In this document: piece by piece, positions 39,127-52,028 of the stretch
Numbering within the stretch: position 1 is the first letter of the stretch
Layout of the letters: every line of letters starts with the position of its first letter
Origin: Octopus vulgaris
Taxonomy: Eukaryota
Assembly: GCA_951406725.2 (NCBI GenBank)
Contig: OX597838.1
Location: 27,032,001-27,096,000 of the forward strand
Length of the DNA: 64,000 nucleotides
Direction of reading: 5' to 3'
Notes under the pieces: generated by a model
Databases searched by the model: none
Seen by the model: the letters and a program-made list of their open reading frames with translations, nothing else
Told to the model about the DNA's origin: nothing
Position numbers and translations under genes: made by a program

Positions 39127-39204
39127 AACTCTGACCCAGAGCACAGGAAAATCATTTGCAAAACTCTGAGGTTTTTGGCGCACTACCACGGTGCTACCCT
39201 GCAG
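39127..39204 (+). CDS. DYNC2LI1: DYNC2LI1 exon 9 ([26 protein letters not shown])
   Basis: tcacag / gttggt, 78 nt. RKxICKTLRFxAHYxGAxL motif. Confidence 0.97.
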
Positions 39205-39626
39205 GTTGGTCGAGCATATCATTTCATAGAAATATCCTTCTCAAAAACGCCACCCTTCACCGACCCCCCCCCCAACACCTAGCCCCACCCCCCAAAAAAA
39301 CACCCACCACCACCACCATCTTCATTCTGCCATCCATTCCACCTACACTTACCAATTGTTGGAACAATGCCCTCTATTCATTCCCCTCCTTGCCTTTGAT
39401 CTCAAATTTCTCGTTAAACATGTTTCTGTTTATTTCTTTGTGTGTTTGTTTGTGTATGTATGTGTGCGTGTGTGTGTTTTGTTTTGCTTTTTTTTCGTTT
39501 ATTTTGTGTTTTTTCTTTTCTTTATTTTTGTATTTTTCTTTTAATAACGGCTTTGTTTATTTTTTTTATTGTTGTTGTTTGTTACATTACTGCTTAATGG
39601 AATATAGAATGTATGTGCATGTGTAA

Positions 39627-39700
<74 letters not shown>

Positions 39701-40024
39701 TCACCATCATCATCTAACATCCACTTTCTATGTTGGCACACACATTCATTTCATACATAAATATATATATATATATATAGATACACATACAAATACACTT
39801 ACTGAATGAGGGTAAAATACTCAATACAGAATGTAGAGTATAGGCATTTTAATTTGGTTTGCTGAAATCGACCTGTGGATTATCAGTGAACTGAATTCAA
39901 TTACACTCACACATGTGCACACACACATGTACGTACTCACACACACACACACTCATCCTCATCATTGTTTTGATGTCCACTTTGTATATATAGAAAATGA
40001 AATGGAATAAAATAATGTAGAATA

Positions 40025-40444
40025 GGTGCAGGAGTGGCTGTGTGTCAAGTAGCTTGCTTACCAACCACATGGTTCCGGGTTCAGTCCCACTGCGTGGCAT
40101 CTTGGGCAAGTGTCTTCTGCTATAGCCCCGGGCCGACCAATGCCTTGTGAGTGGATTTGGTAGACGGAAACTGAAAGAAGCCTGTCGTATATATGTATAT
40201 ATATATAAGTGTGTGTGTATGTGTTTGTGTGTCTGTGTTTGTCCCCCTAGCATTGCTTGACAACCGATGCTGGTGTGTTTACGTCCCCGTCACTTAGCGG
40301 TTCGGCAAAAGAGACCGATAGAATAAGTACTGGGCTTACAAAGAATAAGTCCCGGGGTCGATTTGCTCGACTAAAGGCGGTGCTCCAGCATGGCCGCAGT
40401 CAAATGACTGAAACAAGTAAAAGAGTAAAAGAGTAAAGAGAAAG
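40025..40444 (+). mobile_element. Full-length tRNA-derived CORE-type SINE (family A)
   Basis: tRNA-like head (GGAGTGGCTGTGTG..GGTTCAGTCCC), CORE-like CTTGGGCAAGTG, internal (TA/TG)n, and a tail GGCGGTGCTCCAGCATGGCCGCAGTCAAATGACTGAAAC-(AAAGAGT)n. Possible TSD AGAATA. Confidence 0.9.
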
Positions 40445-41831
40445 AGAATATTTATGTTATTACTTTTAAGAATGTGACAAGCTTCTTTAAGTTTCTTTGT
40501 ACTAAATTTGCTCTCAAGGAATCGGGTTGGTCTTAAAGCTACAGCAGAAGGTACTTGTCCCTGGTGGTGTGCAGTGGGACTGAACTCAAAACGAGTTTGC
40601 TAAGCAGCATTCTTCTTAACCACACAGCCACGCCTACCAGTGTATCTGTAAAAAAAAAAAAAATGGAAAAGAAAAACTCAACGGGATGGTCATGATAAGA
40701 TTGTCAGTCCTAAATATCAGTAAATTGATTATCAGTGCATCTTCTGTTTGTCTTTGCTACCAATTGACATTAAAGTATCCGATGTGTGGGAGTGGGTGAT
40801 GACAGGGTGTATTGATTTCTGTTTTTACTGGGCAAACAAAATAAAATAAGATAAATATAAGAATAATAAAAACAAAATAAAAGGTATAATGAAAATAAAT
40901 AAAAATATATATTTCGAAGAGAGTTAAGATGATGAATTAAAAGTTTGTGAATGAAATGAAATAAATATTGTTTTTTCTTTCATTTGTTTTGTTGATCATG
41001 TGGGTGAGAGTTAAAGACACACAGAGTTTTGAAACCAATCTTAATTAGCGTTGGTCATCTCGGTCGTTTAAATAAATTGATTAAATATTTGTCTTTTGTA
41101 TTTTTACCGATGGTTTATTCTGGAGCATTCCAATACAAATTTGATATCATCAGCAGCAGCATCATCATTATCATCATTGTCATCATCATTATCAACATTT
41201 AACGTCCATTTTCCATGCTGGCATGGGTTGGATAGCTTGACAGATCTGGCAAGCCATAGGACTGCATCAAGCCCCAATATCTGCTTTGACGTGGGTTTCT
41301 GAAGCTGGATGCCCTTCCTAACCACAAATATATGATATTGCTGTTCTCCACACTTCCTGTGTTGCTGCTGGTCAGTGCCACCTGACTGGCACCTGTGTTG
41401 GTGGCATGAAAAAAGCACCATTCAAGCATGGTCAATGCCAGTGCCACTTGACTGCCCCCCCCCCTGCTGGTGGCACATTAAAAGCACCCACTACACCCAC
41501 AGAGTATTTGGCATTAGAAAGGGCATCCAGCCTGTAGAAATCTCGCCAGATCAGATTGGAGCCTGGTGCAGCTATCTGGTTCACCTGTCCTCAGTCAAAC
41601 CAGCCAACCCATGCCAGCATGGAAAGCAGACATTAAATTATGACAATGACGATGATGATGATGATGATGATATAAACTGACACTTTGTCAGTTACAATGA
41701 CAAATACTCCAGTTGATCTCATCAATGGAACAGCCCACTTGCGACATTAACATACAAGTGGTTGAGCACTCAATAGAGGTGCATGACCCTTAACATAGAT
41801 TTTAGGGAGATTCAGGGAGATCTGGTCAGTT

Positions 41832-42277
41832 TTAACCCTTTAGCATTCAGATTGCTCTGTCAAATGGAATGCTTATTTATTCATCACATTGTTTTGAATT
41901 AATCATGCATCATTTCATGGTTTTGAGATTTCAATGATGTGATTGTGGATTTTTAGAATGACATTGTATGGTAGGTGTGAGAGGCCAAATCTGGTCAGTT
42001 TTGAACATAAAGCAGATAGAATATTTGGGCTGGATATGGTCAGTTTTAACCCTTTACTATACAGATTACTCTGTCAAATGTAATGCTTATTTATTCAGGT
42101 TTTAAAAAATTAGTCACACATTATTGCATAGCTTTGAGATTTCAGTGGTGTGATTGCTTATTTTTAGAATGACATTGTAGGGTAGGTGTGAGAGGCAAGA
42201 CTTGGTTGGTTTTAACATAAAAGAGGTAGAATATTCAGGCTGGATATGGCCACTGGTTTTAATGCTAAGTGGCTAAA
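41832..42277. mobile_element. Tandem pair of piggyBac-like TTAA MITE units
   Basis: TTAACCCTTTAGCATTCAGATT start, repeated at about 42046. Reverse complement of the 30804-31588 units. Confidence 0.65.
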
Positions 42278-42482
42278 CGAAAATTAGCAAAAAAAAAAAA
42301 AAACTCAGTGATCAGTGGCATATATGCATCAACAATGAAAACAGGTGTATAAATTACTATACAACATAAATTCTTTGATTTAAAAAAAAAAATAATCTCT
42401 GCCTCTTGAGGATGTCATAAAGATGCAAAGAATGAAACACCCCTTGCTTGCAAAACAGGTAAGGGTTAGTGACAAGAAGGGT

Positions 42483-42517
<35 letters not shown>

Positions 42518-43338
42518 TTAGCATCCATTGTCCAAACTGACATGCGTTGGACAGTTTGACCAGAGCTGGAAAGCTGAGGGACTGCACCAGGCTCCAGTCT
42601 GATTTTGGCATGGTTTTTATGGCTGGATACCCTTCCTAACAACCAAACTCTCCAAGAGTGTAATGGGTTTCTGTATGTATCTATTTCTTTACTACCCACA
42701 AGGGGTTAAACACAGAGAGGACAAACAAATGGATTATGTCGATTACATCAACCCCAGTGTGTAACTGGTACTTAATTTATCGACCCCGAAAGGATGAAAG
42801 GCGAAGGTGACCTCGGCGGAATTTGAACTCAGAACGTAGTGGCAGACGAAATACAGCTACGCATTTCGCCCGGTGTGCTAACGTTTCTGCCAGTTCGCCG
42901 CCTGTATGTATCTGCCATAACTACTATTTCACTTGGCTTGATGGGTCTTCCTTCTCAAGTACAGCACATCGCCAAAAGTCTCGGTCATTTGTCATTGCCT
43001 CTGTGAAGCCCAGCGCTCGAGAGATGCTTTTTACGTGCCATTGGCACGGATGCTAGTTTTGTGACAGCGGCAGCAGCCACATTGCCCAAACAATATATTC
43101 CTCTAACTCATGCTGGCATGGAAAAACGGAAGGAAAAACAATGGCGTTTTTGTACAACAGTCTTTTTCTCTTTCATACCATCTCTGTCTGTCTGCCTGTC
43201 TGTCTGCCTGTGTGTGTGTGCATGATGTATGTATAGGTGGAGGATTCTCTTAGGAACAGTATGTGTATGCATGTATGTATACATGTTTGTCTATGTTATG
43301 CTTTTAGATTTTTGTCTGTGTGTGTATGTGTGTGTGCG

Positions 43339-43376
<38 letters not shown>

Positions 43377-43498
43377 CTACACATGCATATCATATAAAGA
43401 TATAAATTACCTATGAATTATATATATATATATATATAAATACATATATATATATATATGTGTGTGTATAATACACACATAGCTATAAATTACCTATG

Positions 43499-43549
<51 letters not shown>

Positions 43550-44254
43550 TATATATACTTTGGGTGTGTTGCTTATTTTGATTTTAATACACATATATAT
43601 ATGTATATATACGTACATATGCATATAACTTATGTGTATCTTGTTATGGACTGAAGACAGCTATAAACCGTAGCTTTTAACTCAGCATCCAGGTCTCATA
43701 AACCACCCCATCTCTCAATCATGGTATTTTAAAAGACAAGCCAACTCTCTGCTGTTGCCTTTGTTGTTATTGATTAGTTACGGTTAGCAATGCTCCAACA
43801 GAGCTGCGACACAGCTTTTGGTGATCAAACATTGAACTACAAAACCCTCCTCAATCACCCCCACCACCACCATCACACCCCACCATCACCCCACCACCAC
43901 TACACTTTTTGCATCTTGATGTTAGATGGGTTAACTTGAATGGTTCGCTTGGTATTCTTTTTGATGGTGTTATCATATTATTTCCGGGTCAGCTATGTTT
44001 GCACTAACCTGTGAGTATTCTGGCCATGGTCATTCTGTGTTTTTTGCAGAAACAGGATGGCCGCAGGTACGTCTGGGCAGTCAAAGAAGTTTGCCACTTT
44101 GTAAGCATTGATTACAGGTTTAATCCCACTGAATCATAGGGTCTTGACCAAATGTCTTGTAGTATAGCTTTGCGCTGAACAATGCCTTGTGTGTAAAATC
44201 TGATAGAAACTGTCTATAAATCTGCATGTGTATGTGCGACCACATGTACATGTA

Positions 44255-45060
44255 TGTGTTTAAATAAAAGTTAGATGACATGGAAATAGTTAATAGAAAA
44301 GGACAAATAAACAGGGAAAACTTCTCATCAGCTATGTTGTCCAAATCAATGTAGTTTTGGTGCATTCAACCTATAGAACTACTCTTGAGAGTTCTGATGA
44401 TTTAATTGAGGACAGTATAGTAAGAAGTATGAAGGCCTGAAAATATGCTGCTGCTGCTGTTGTTGTTGTTACTGCTACTGCTGTGTAGCTATAGATCAAC
44501 CCTGATGAAGCTGGCTTACGGAGACATTCAAGCTGTGACCATCCCAATCTTTCCAGGGATGTACAAGAATACAATATCTAATGTACCATTGCCATATTTT
44601 GGATGATAGGGTGGGATTTGAGGTATGAATGGTGGATTTCATTGCTATTTCTTGTGTGTTTAAATAAAAGTTAGATGACATGGAAATAGTTAATGGAAAA
44701 GGACAAATAAACAGGGAAAACTTCTCATCAGCTATGTTGTCCAAATCAATGTAGTTTTGGTGCATTCAATGTATAGAACTACTCTTGAGAGTTCTGATGA
44801 TTTAATTGAGGACAGTATAGTAAGAAGTATGAAGGCCTGAAAATATGCTGCTGCTGCTGTTGTTGTTATTACTGCTACTGCTGTGTAGCTATAGATCAAC
44901 CCTGATGAAGCTGGCTTACTGAGACATTCAAGCTGTGACCATCCCAATCTTTCCAGGGATGTACAAGAATACAATATCTAATGTACCATTGCCATATTTT
45001 GGATGATAGGGTGGGATTTGAGGTGTGAATGGTGGATTTCGTTGCTATTTCTTGTGTGTT
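44255..45060. repeat. Two-copy tandem duplication with a 400-bp period
   Basis: TAAATAAAAGTTAGATGACATGG occurs at 44261 and 44661, with few substitutions between copies. Confidence 0.95.
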
Positions 45061-45369
45061 GAACAACCATATAGAGACTCTCTTGCTCATTGGTTAATGA
45101 AGAATCTTGCTGTTGTTGTTATTTTTCTCTTGTTACAACGGCAAATTGGCTGGATAAAATTCTTCATGGTGTTTGTTTCAGTGTTCAGAGTTCAAACCCT
45201 ACTGAGATCATTTTTGCTTTTCATCTTTTCAGGGGTCATCATTAAAAAGGTACCAAGTCATGCTGAGAGATTGGTGAGGCTGTTAGAGGGATTGAGCAAG
45301 GTGCCCTGTGGTATCTGATCCCTCTCTACTCATCCTGACAGCAGTACCCACAATAACACTGAAGAATTT

Positions 45370-46340
45370 GGTGGAGTGGAGTACAACTGATATTGTATAT
45401 CTGGTGGAGTGGAGTACAACTGATACTGTATATCTGGTGGAGTGGAGTACAACTGATATTGTATATCAGGTGGAGTGGAGTACAACTGATACTGTATATC
45501 TGGTGGAGTGGAGTACAACTGATATTGTATATCAGGTGGAGTGGAGTACAACTGATATTGTATATCTGGTGGAGTGGAGTACAACTGATATTGTATATCT
45601 GGTGGAGTGGAGTACAACTGATATTGTATATCTGGTGGAGTGGAGTACAACTGATACTGTATATCTGGTGGAGTGGAGTACAACTGATACTGTATATCTG
45701 GTGGAGTGGAGTACAACTGATATTGTATATCTGGTGGAGTGGAGTACAACTGATATTGTATATCTGGTGGAGTGGAGTACAACTGATACTGTATATTTGG
45801 TGGAGTGGAGTACAACTGATATTGTATATCTGGTGGAGTGGAGTACAACTGATATTGTATATCTGGTGGAGTGGAGTACAACTGATATTATATATCAGGT
45901 GGAGTGGAGTCTAGCTTGTATCACACATCTAATGGGATTGAGTACAGCTATTGTATATCTAGTGAAGTGGAATACAGCTTGTATATCTAATGGAGTGGAG
46001 TACAACTTGTATATCTGATGGAGTTCAGCTTGTATTGGTGGGTTGCAGTACAGTTTGTATTGTACATCTGGTGAGGTGGAGTACAACTGGTATTGTATAT
46101 CTGGCGGAGTGGAGTACAGCTGGTATTGTACATCTATTGGAATGAAGTACAGCTAGTATTGTATATCTGGTGGAGTGGAGTACAGTTTGTATAACATAAC
46201 TGTTGGATTGGAGTACAGTTTGTATAACATAACTGTTGGATTGGAGTACAACTAGTATTGTATATTTGATGGAGTACAGCTGGTATGGTACATCTGGTGG
46301 AGTGGTGTATAACTGGTATTGAATAGCTGGTGGAGAGGAA
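45370..46340. repeat. 33-bp minisatellite (GGTGGAGTGGAGTACAACTGATATTGTATATCT)n
   Basis: About 16 near-identical units to about 45910, then degenerate units to about 46340. Confidence 0.97.
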
Positions 46341-47142
46341 TTTAGCTCAGTATTTGAGTCTCTGCTAACCTAACACTTCAGTCTTTGTTAAGCTTTTAAC
46401 CGAGAAATCTATAATGATATAATTTCAATATGTGTGTGTGTGTGTGTATGTATAAATGTATAAGTTTGTGTGTGTGTGTGTATGGTGTATCGATTTTCTC
46501 TTTTCTTCCCATTGATTTGATAAAATGGGCTTTGTGTGTGTGTGTGTCTGTGTGTGTGAGAGTTGTATTTGTAGATGAAGACTGTTATTTACAGGAGTGG
46601 CTGTGGTGCTCATGTGGGTTGTTGTTGTTGATGAAGATGGTGGTGATGAAAGATGTGGTGGTGGTAGTGGTGGTGGTGGTTGTAGTGATGACGTTGTAGT
46701 GAGGATGGCGATGGTGATGATTGTGAATAATTTTAATGGCCATTATTAAAGACAGCATGAACAGTGCAACTTTTCACTGCCTCTGTGATGTTAATCGCAG
46801 CTATAGTAGTAGTGGTAGTAGCGGTAACGGTGGTGGTGGTGGCGATGGCAGTCGTGGTGGCGGTGGTGGTGGTGTCAGTAGTAGGTAAGTTGAATGATGG
46901 TATGGATGGATGGAAGGAGTAGTAACAGTGAGGATGGATGTATGATTGGTAAACGTTGGCAGTGGTGTTTACCATCTCATTGTGTTACAAATTCATCTTC
47001 ATCATCATCACAATCATCATCACCATCATCATCACCATCATCATCACAATCATCATCACAATCATCATCACCATCATCATCATCATCATCATCATCATCA
47101 CAATCATCATCACCATCATCATCATTAAACGATGATGATGAT

Positions 47143-47200
<58 letters not shown>

Positions 47201-47460
47201 GGATATATGGGGAGAATTCACGAAAAAAACAAAAGACGAAGACAGGTGGTGTAGAAAACAAACAGACGTATTAGTATAACGCTCAGGAATTGAAAAAATC
47301 TTTTACGTTTCGAGCCTACGCTCTTCTACAGAAAGGGACACAGAAAAAACAAGGAGAGAGAAAAAAAAATGCGTGTAGTGGCTACCAATCTATCATGGTG
47401 ACTCACCTATGGATTACTGTGGACTCTACTCTTGATATATATATCTATATATATATATAT

Positions 47461-47880
47461 ACTCTTTACTCTTTTACTCTTTTACTTGTTTCAGTCATTT
47501 GACTGTGGCCATGCTGGAGCACCGCCCTTAGTCGAGCAAATCGACCCCAGGACTTATTCTTTGTAAGCCCAGTACTTATTCTATCGGTCTCTTTTGCCGA
47601 ACCGCTAAGTTACGGGGACGTAAACACACCAGCATCGGTTGTCAAGCGATGTTGGGGGGACAAACACAGACACGCAAACACACACACATACATATATACA
47701 TACATATATATATATACGACAGGCTTCTTTCAGTTTCCGTCTACCAAATCCACTCACAGGGCTTTGGTCGGCCCGAGGCAATAGTAGAAGACACTTGCCC
47801 AAGGTGCCACGCAGTGGGACTGAACCGAGAACCATGTGGTTGGTAAGCAAGCTACTTACCACACGGCCACTCCTGTGCCT
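47461..47880 (-). mobile_element. Full-length family A SINE
   Basis: Near-identical reverse complement of 40025-40444. Confidence 0.9.
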
Positions 47881-48014
47881 TAATAGTAAACAAGTCATTT
47901 ATTTACTTTTCGAAGATGAGCCAAGTGAAAGAAGTCCAACTGAGAAGCGAACCCGGTTCGCCGAGTCAGCTCATTGCGAATTTAACCTCTCTCTTACAAT
48001 GTTGGCCACTTCTG

Positions 48015-48057
<43 letters not shown>

Positions 48058-48554
48058 AATATTAACAATAAAGATTACTACGAAGTTGCATAGCATTACC
48101 TTTAATTCTTTATATATATCTATATACAGCTTTACCTAGACCTACACAGGTTTCAGGTGCACCGATTAATAACCGTTACAATTGGTTAAGGTAATATATT
48201 CAAAATTACCCAACGGAATATATCTCTAAATTCTTATCTTATCTTACTGGATGTTAACTGTTGAATGACCTATTTTGACTACCTGAGAGTGAACCGGTAA
48301 TCATTTTGGGACAATTCCTTACTATTTACACACACACATATATGTATATATCGAGTCATATGTATCTCAATGCTTAGTGAATGAACAAGACATGGCTGTG
48401 GGGTACAGGTGTGGCTATGTGGTTAAGTAGTTTGCTTCCCAACTCTGTGGATTTGGGTTCAAACAGTTTCAGGCTTTGCCTAGTTTTAAGAATCCAGTCT
48501 ACCTTAGAACCTTAGGATTTGCCCAGTTTTATGTAGCTATTTTAATAAGTAGAG

Positions 48555-48755
48555 CAGTGGTTTTCAACCAGGGTTCCGCCAGTACAGTCCAGGGGTTCCG
48601 CAAGAAGTTACAAAACTGCTAAAATCGGCAGTAATTTTTAATTCTCCTGTGCAGATATGTGTGCATAAGACTATTAAATTATTGCACAGGGGTTCCTCGA
48701 GCCAGTGAAATGTTTCCTTGGGGTTCCGCTCCAGCAAAAAGTTTGAAAAGCACTG
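48555..48755. mobile_element. hAT (Charlie-like) MITE
   Basis: TIRs CAGTGGTTTTCAACC / GTTTGAAAAGCACTG, with an imperfect 8-bp TSD AAGTAGAG / AATTAGAG. Confidence 0.85.
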
Positions 48756-48819
48756 AATTAGAGGCTAATTATTTGTAATTAGCTTTTTAATGGGTTCTTA
48801 TTCCTAAAGTATTTTTCGA

Positions 48820-48850
<31 letters not shown>

Positions 48851-49029
48851 CCAGCTGGAAGCTTTTCTTGTTGCCAACCCTCACCTGTTTACAAGTAAGG
48901 CCCTTTGGCCAGCTATGTTTTCACAAGATTGGGTAAAAAGGACCTTGTTTGCATGATGGTGACACCAACTCACACACACAACACGCAGACACTCACATAC
49001 ACGTACGTGTGTGTACACACATACACATA

Positions 49030-50275
49030 GGCATAAGAGACATCACATGTTGTGTGCAAGAGAGAAGCATGTGTTGGCATGATCATGTGATGCGTATAGA
49101 CGAGGACAGCTGCATCAAGAAATGTCGATCTCTAACTGAGGAGGCAACCTTTGGAAGAGGTAGACCCAAGAAGACATGGGATGAGGTGGTGAAGCATGGT
49201 CATCGGATGTTGAGTCTCATGGAGATGAGGACAAATGACAGAGACTTTTGGCAATTTGTTGAGCTTGAGAAGATACAGGAAGCTAAGTGAAATTGTTGTT
49301 GTAACCATTGCTAATGACATGTAAAAGGCACCTGTGTTAGTGACGTATTAAAGGCACCTGTGCCAGTGACATTTGAAAGGCACCTGTGCTAGTGACATGT
49401 TAAAGGCACCTGTGCTAGTGACATGTTAAAGGCACCTGTGCTAGTGACATGTTAAAGGCACCTGTGCTAGTGACATGTTAAAGGCACCTGTGCTAATGAC
49501 ATGTAAAAGGCACCTGTGCTAGTGACGTATTAAAGGCACCTGTGCCAGTGACATTTGAAAGGCACCTGTGCTAGTGACATGTTAAAGGCACCTGTGCTAG
49601 TGACATGTTAAAGGCACCTGTGCTAGTGACATGTTAAAGGCACCTGTGCTAATGACATGTAAAAGGCACCTGTGCTAATGACATGTAAAAGGCACCTGTG
49701 CTAGTGACGTATTAAAGGCACCTGTGCTAGTGACATATTAAAGGCACCTGTGCTAGTGATATGTTAAAGGTACCTGCGCTAGTGACATGTTAAAGGCACC
49801 TGTGCTAGTGACATATTAAAGCACCTGTGCCAGTGACATGTTAAAGGCACCTGTGCCAGTGACATGTTAAAGGCACCTGTGCTAGTGACATATTAAAGGC
49901 ACCTGTGCTTGTGACATGTTAAAGGCACCTGTGCTAGTGACATATGAAAGGCACCTGTGCTAGTGACGTATTAAAGGCACCTGTGCCAGTGACATGTGAA
50001 AGGCACTCGTGCTGGTGACACCTAGTAGGTGCCCTTACTGGTGACATGTAAAAGGTAAGCACCCATGCCAGTCACACGTAAGAGATTCCTGTGCAGGTGA
50101 CACATAAAAGGCACACAGTACACTCTACAGAGTGGTTGGCATTAGGAATGGCATTCAGCCATCAAAACCAAGCCAAAACAGACCGGAGCCAAGTGCAGCT
50201 CTTCAACTTACCAGTTCCAGTCGAACTGTCTTACCCATGCTAGCACAGAAAACGGATGCTAAATGATGATGCTGT
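49030..50275 (+). mobile_element. RTE-type LINE 3' end with an expanded 3' UTR minisatellite and (GAT)n tail
   Basis: CWHDHVMRIDEDSCIKKCRSL..GRGRPKKTWDEVVK, then the 26-bp array, then the GGTTGGCATTAGGAATGGCATTCAGCC...(GAT)n tail seen many times in the window (for example 27660-27918, 34768-35140, 36152-36390). Confidence 0.8.
49309..50110. repeat. 26-bp minisatellite (AAAGGCACCTGTGCTAGTGACATGTT)n
   Basis: About 27 clear units followed by a few degenerate ones. Confidence 0.97.
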
Positions 50276-50990
50276 TAATGATATGGTGGCTTCTTTCAGT
50301 TTCCATCTATTCAATCCACGTACAAGGCTTTGGTCTTCCTAGGGCTACAGTAGAAGATACTTGCCTAAGGTACCATGTACTGAGATTGAAACCAAAACCA
50401 TGTGGTTGTATAGAAGCAAGCAAACAAGCAAGCTAGCTTCTCATACACACAATTTTTAAGAAGTCAGTGTTGGAGAAATATTGCACTATTTTTATGTCAA
50501 AAGTTTCAGCTATCTTATACCCACAAGGCGAGCGAGCTGGCAGAAACATTAGCAAGCTGGGCGAAATGCTTAGCAGTATTTTGTCTACCGCTAAGTTCTG
50601 AGTCCAAATTCCGCTGAGGTCAACTTTGCTTTTCATCCTTTCAGGGTTGATTAAATAAGTACCAGTTATGCACTGGGGTTGATATAATCGACTTAATCTG
50701 TTTGTCTGTCCTTGTTTGTCCTTTCTGTGTTTAGCCCCTTGTGGGTAATAAAGAAATAGGTATTTCGTCTGTCTTTACATTCTGAGTTCATATTACGCCA
50801 AGGTCAACTTTGCTTTTCATCCTTTCGTGGTCAATAAATTAAGTACCAGTTACGCACTGGGATCGATGTCATCGACTTAATCCCTTTGTCTGTCCTTGTT
50901 TGTCCCCTCTATGTTTAGCCCCTTGTAGGCAATAAAGAAATAAGAATATCAGTTGTATTAAAAATTGTGTGTTTGTTTTGTTGTTTGTAG

Positions 50991-51070
50991 TTCTTCACTA
51001 TCAGAGACAAATCCCTTGGCAAACGAATTGAATACTTAAAGAATCACCATTTATTTGGCAACCATTACCC
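50991..51070 (+). CDS. DYNC2LI1: DYNC2LI1 exon 10 (FFTIRDKSLGKRIEYLKNHHLFGNHYP)
   Basis: ttgtag / gtaagt, 80 nt. Phase 0 in and phase 2 out fit the neighbouring exons, and the NxxxFG motif is conserved. Confidence 0.88.
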
Positions 51071-51543
51071 GTAAGTAAATGCTCCTTTCCATCTTACTTT
51101 TAGCTCTGTCTTTTACTTGTTTCAGTCATTGGTCTGTGGCCATGCTGGGGCACCGTGTTCAAAGCTTTTAGTTAAACAAATTAACTCCATTACTTATTAT
51201 TTTTAAACCGGGTATTTCTTCTGTGGCCTCTTTCGCTGAGTCGCTAGACTACGGGAATGTAAACAAACCAACACCATTTGTCAAGGAGTAGTAAGGAACA
51301 CACACACAATGCACACACATATTCCTTTACTCGTTTCGGTCGTCTGACTGTGGCCATGCTGGAACACCAGCTTAAAGGGTTTTAACCAAAGAAATCAACC
51401 CCAGGGCTTATTTTTTGTAAGCCTAGTACTTACTCCATCGGTCCCTTTTGCCAAGCCACTAAGTTATGAGCACATAAGCACACCAGCATTGGTTGTCAAG
51501 TGATGGCCGGGGTACAAACACAGACACACACATAAATATATGC

Positions 51544-51629
<86 letters not shown>

Positions 51630-51997
51630 ATATACACAATGGGCTTCTTTTAGTTTCCATCTACCAAATCCACTCAAAATGGTTTGGTTGGCCCAAGGCT
51701 ATAGTAGAACACACACATACAGAGTTGCTTTTAGTTTTCATCTACAAAATTCCACTAACAAACAACAATTTGATCACACTGCAAGGCCATAGTAGAAGAC
51801 ACTTGCCCAATGTGGCCTGCAGAGGGACTGAACCTGGAACCATGTGGTTGGGAAGCAAACTTCTTACCGCACAGCCACACCTTGACCTACAAATGGAGAA
51901 TGAAGTTGGATGATATGTGTAGATGTAGGGTGTATGTATGTACATGTATATATTCAGTGTTATGTATGTGTATATACTTGTGTGTGAAGAGGTTCCT

Positions 51998-52028
<31 letters not shown>

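Noticed and set aside
44500-44530. Hammerhead at CTGATGAAGCTGGCTT
   Set aside because: No GAAA or stem III follows.
45308-46018. 236-aa repeat protein or CRISPR-like array
   Set aside because: The 33-bp units are contiguous with no unique spacers and no cas genes. The ORFs follow from the unit length being a multiple of 3.
49309-50110. CRISPR-like array
   Set aside because: Head-to-tail 26-bp units with no spacers, embedded in a LINE 3' UTR.
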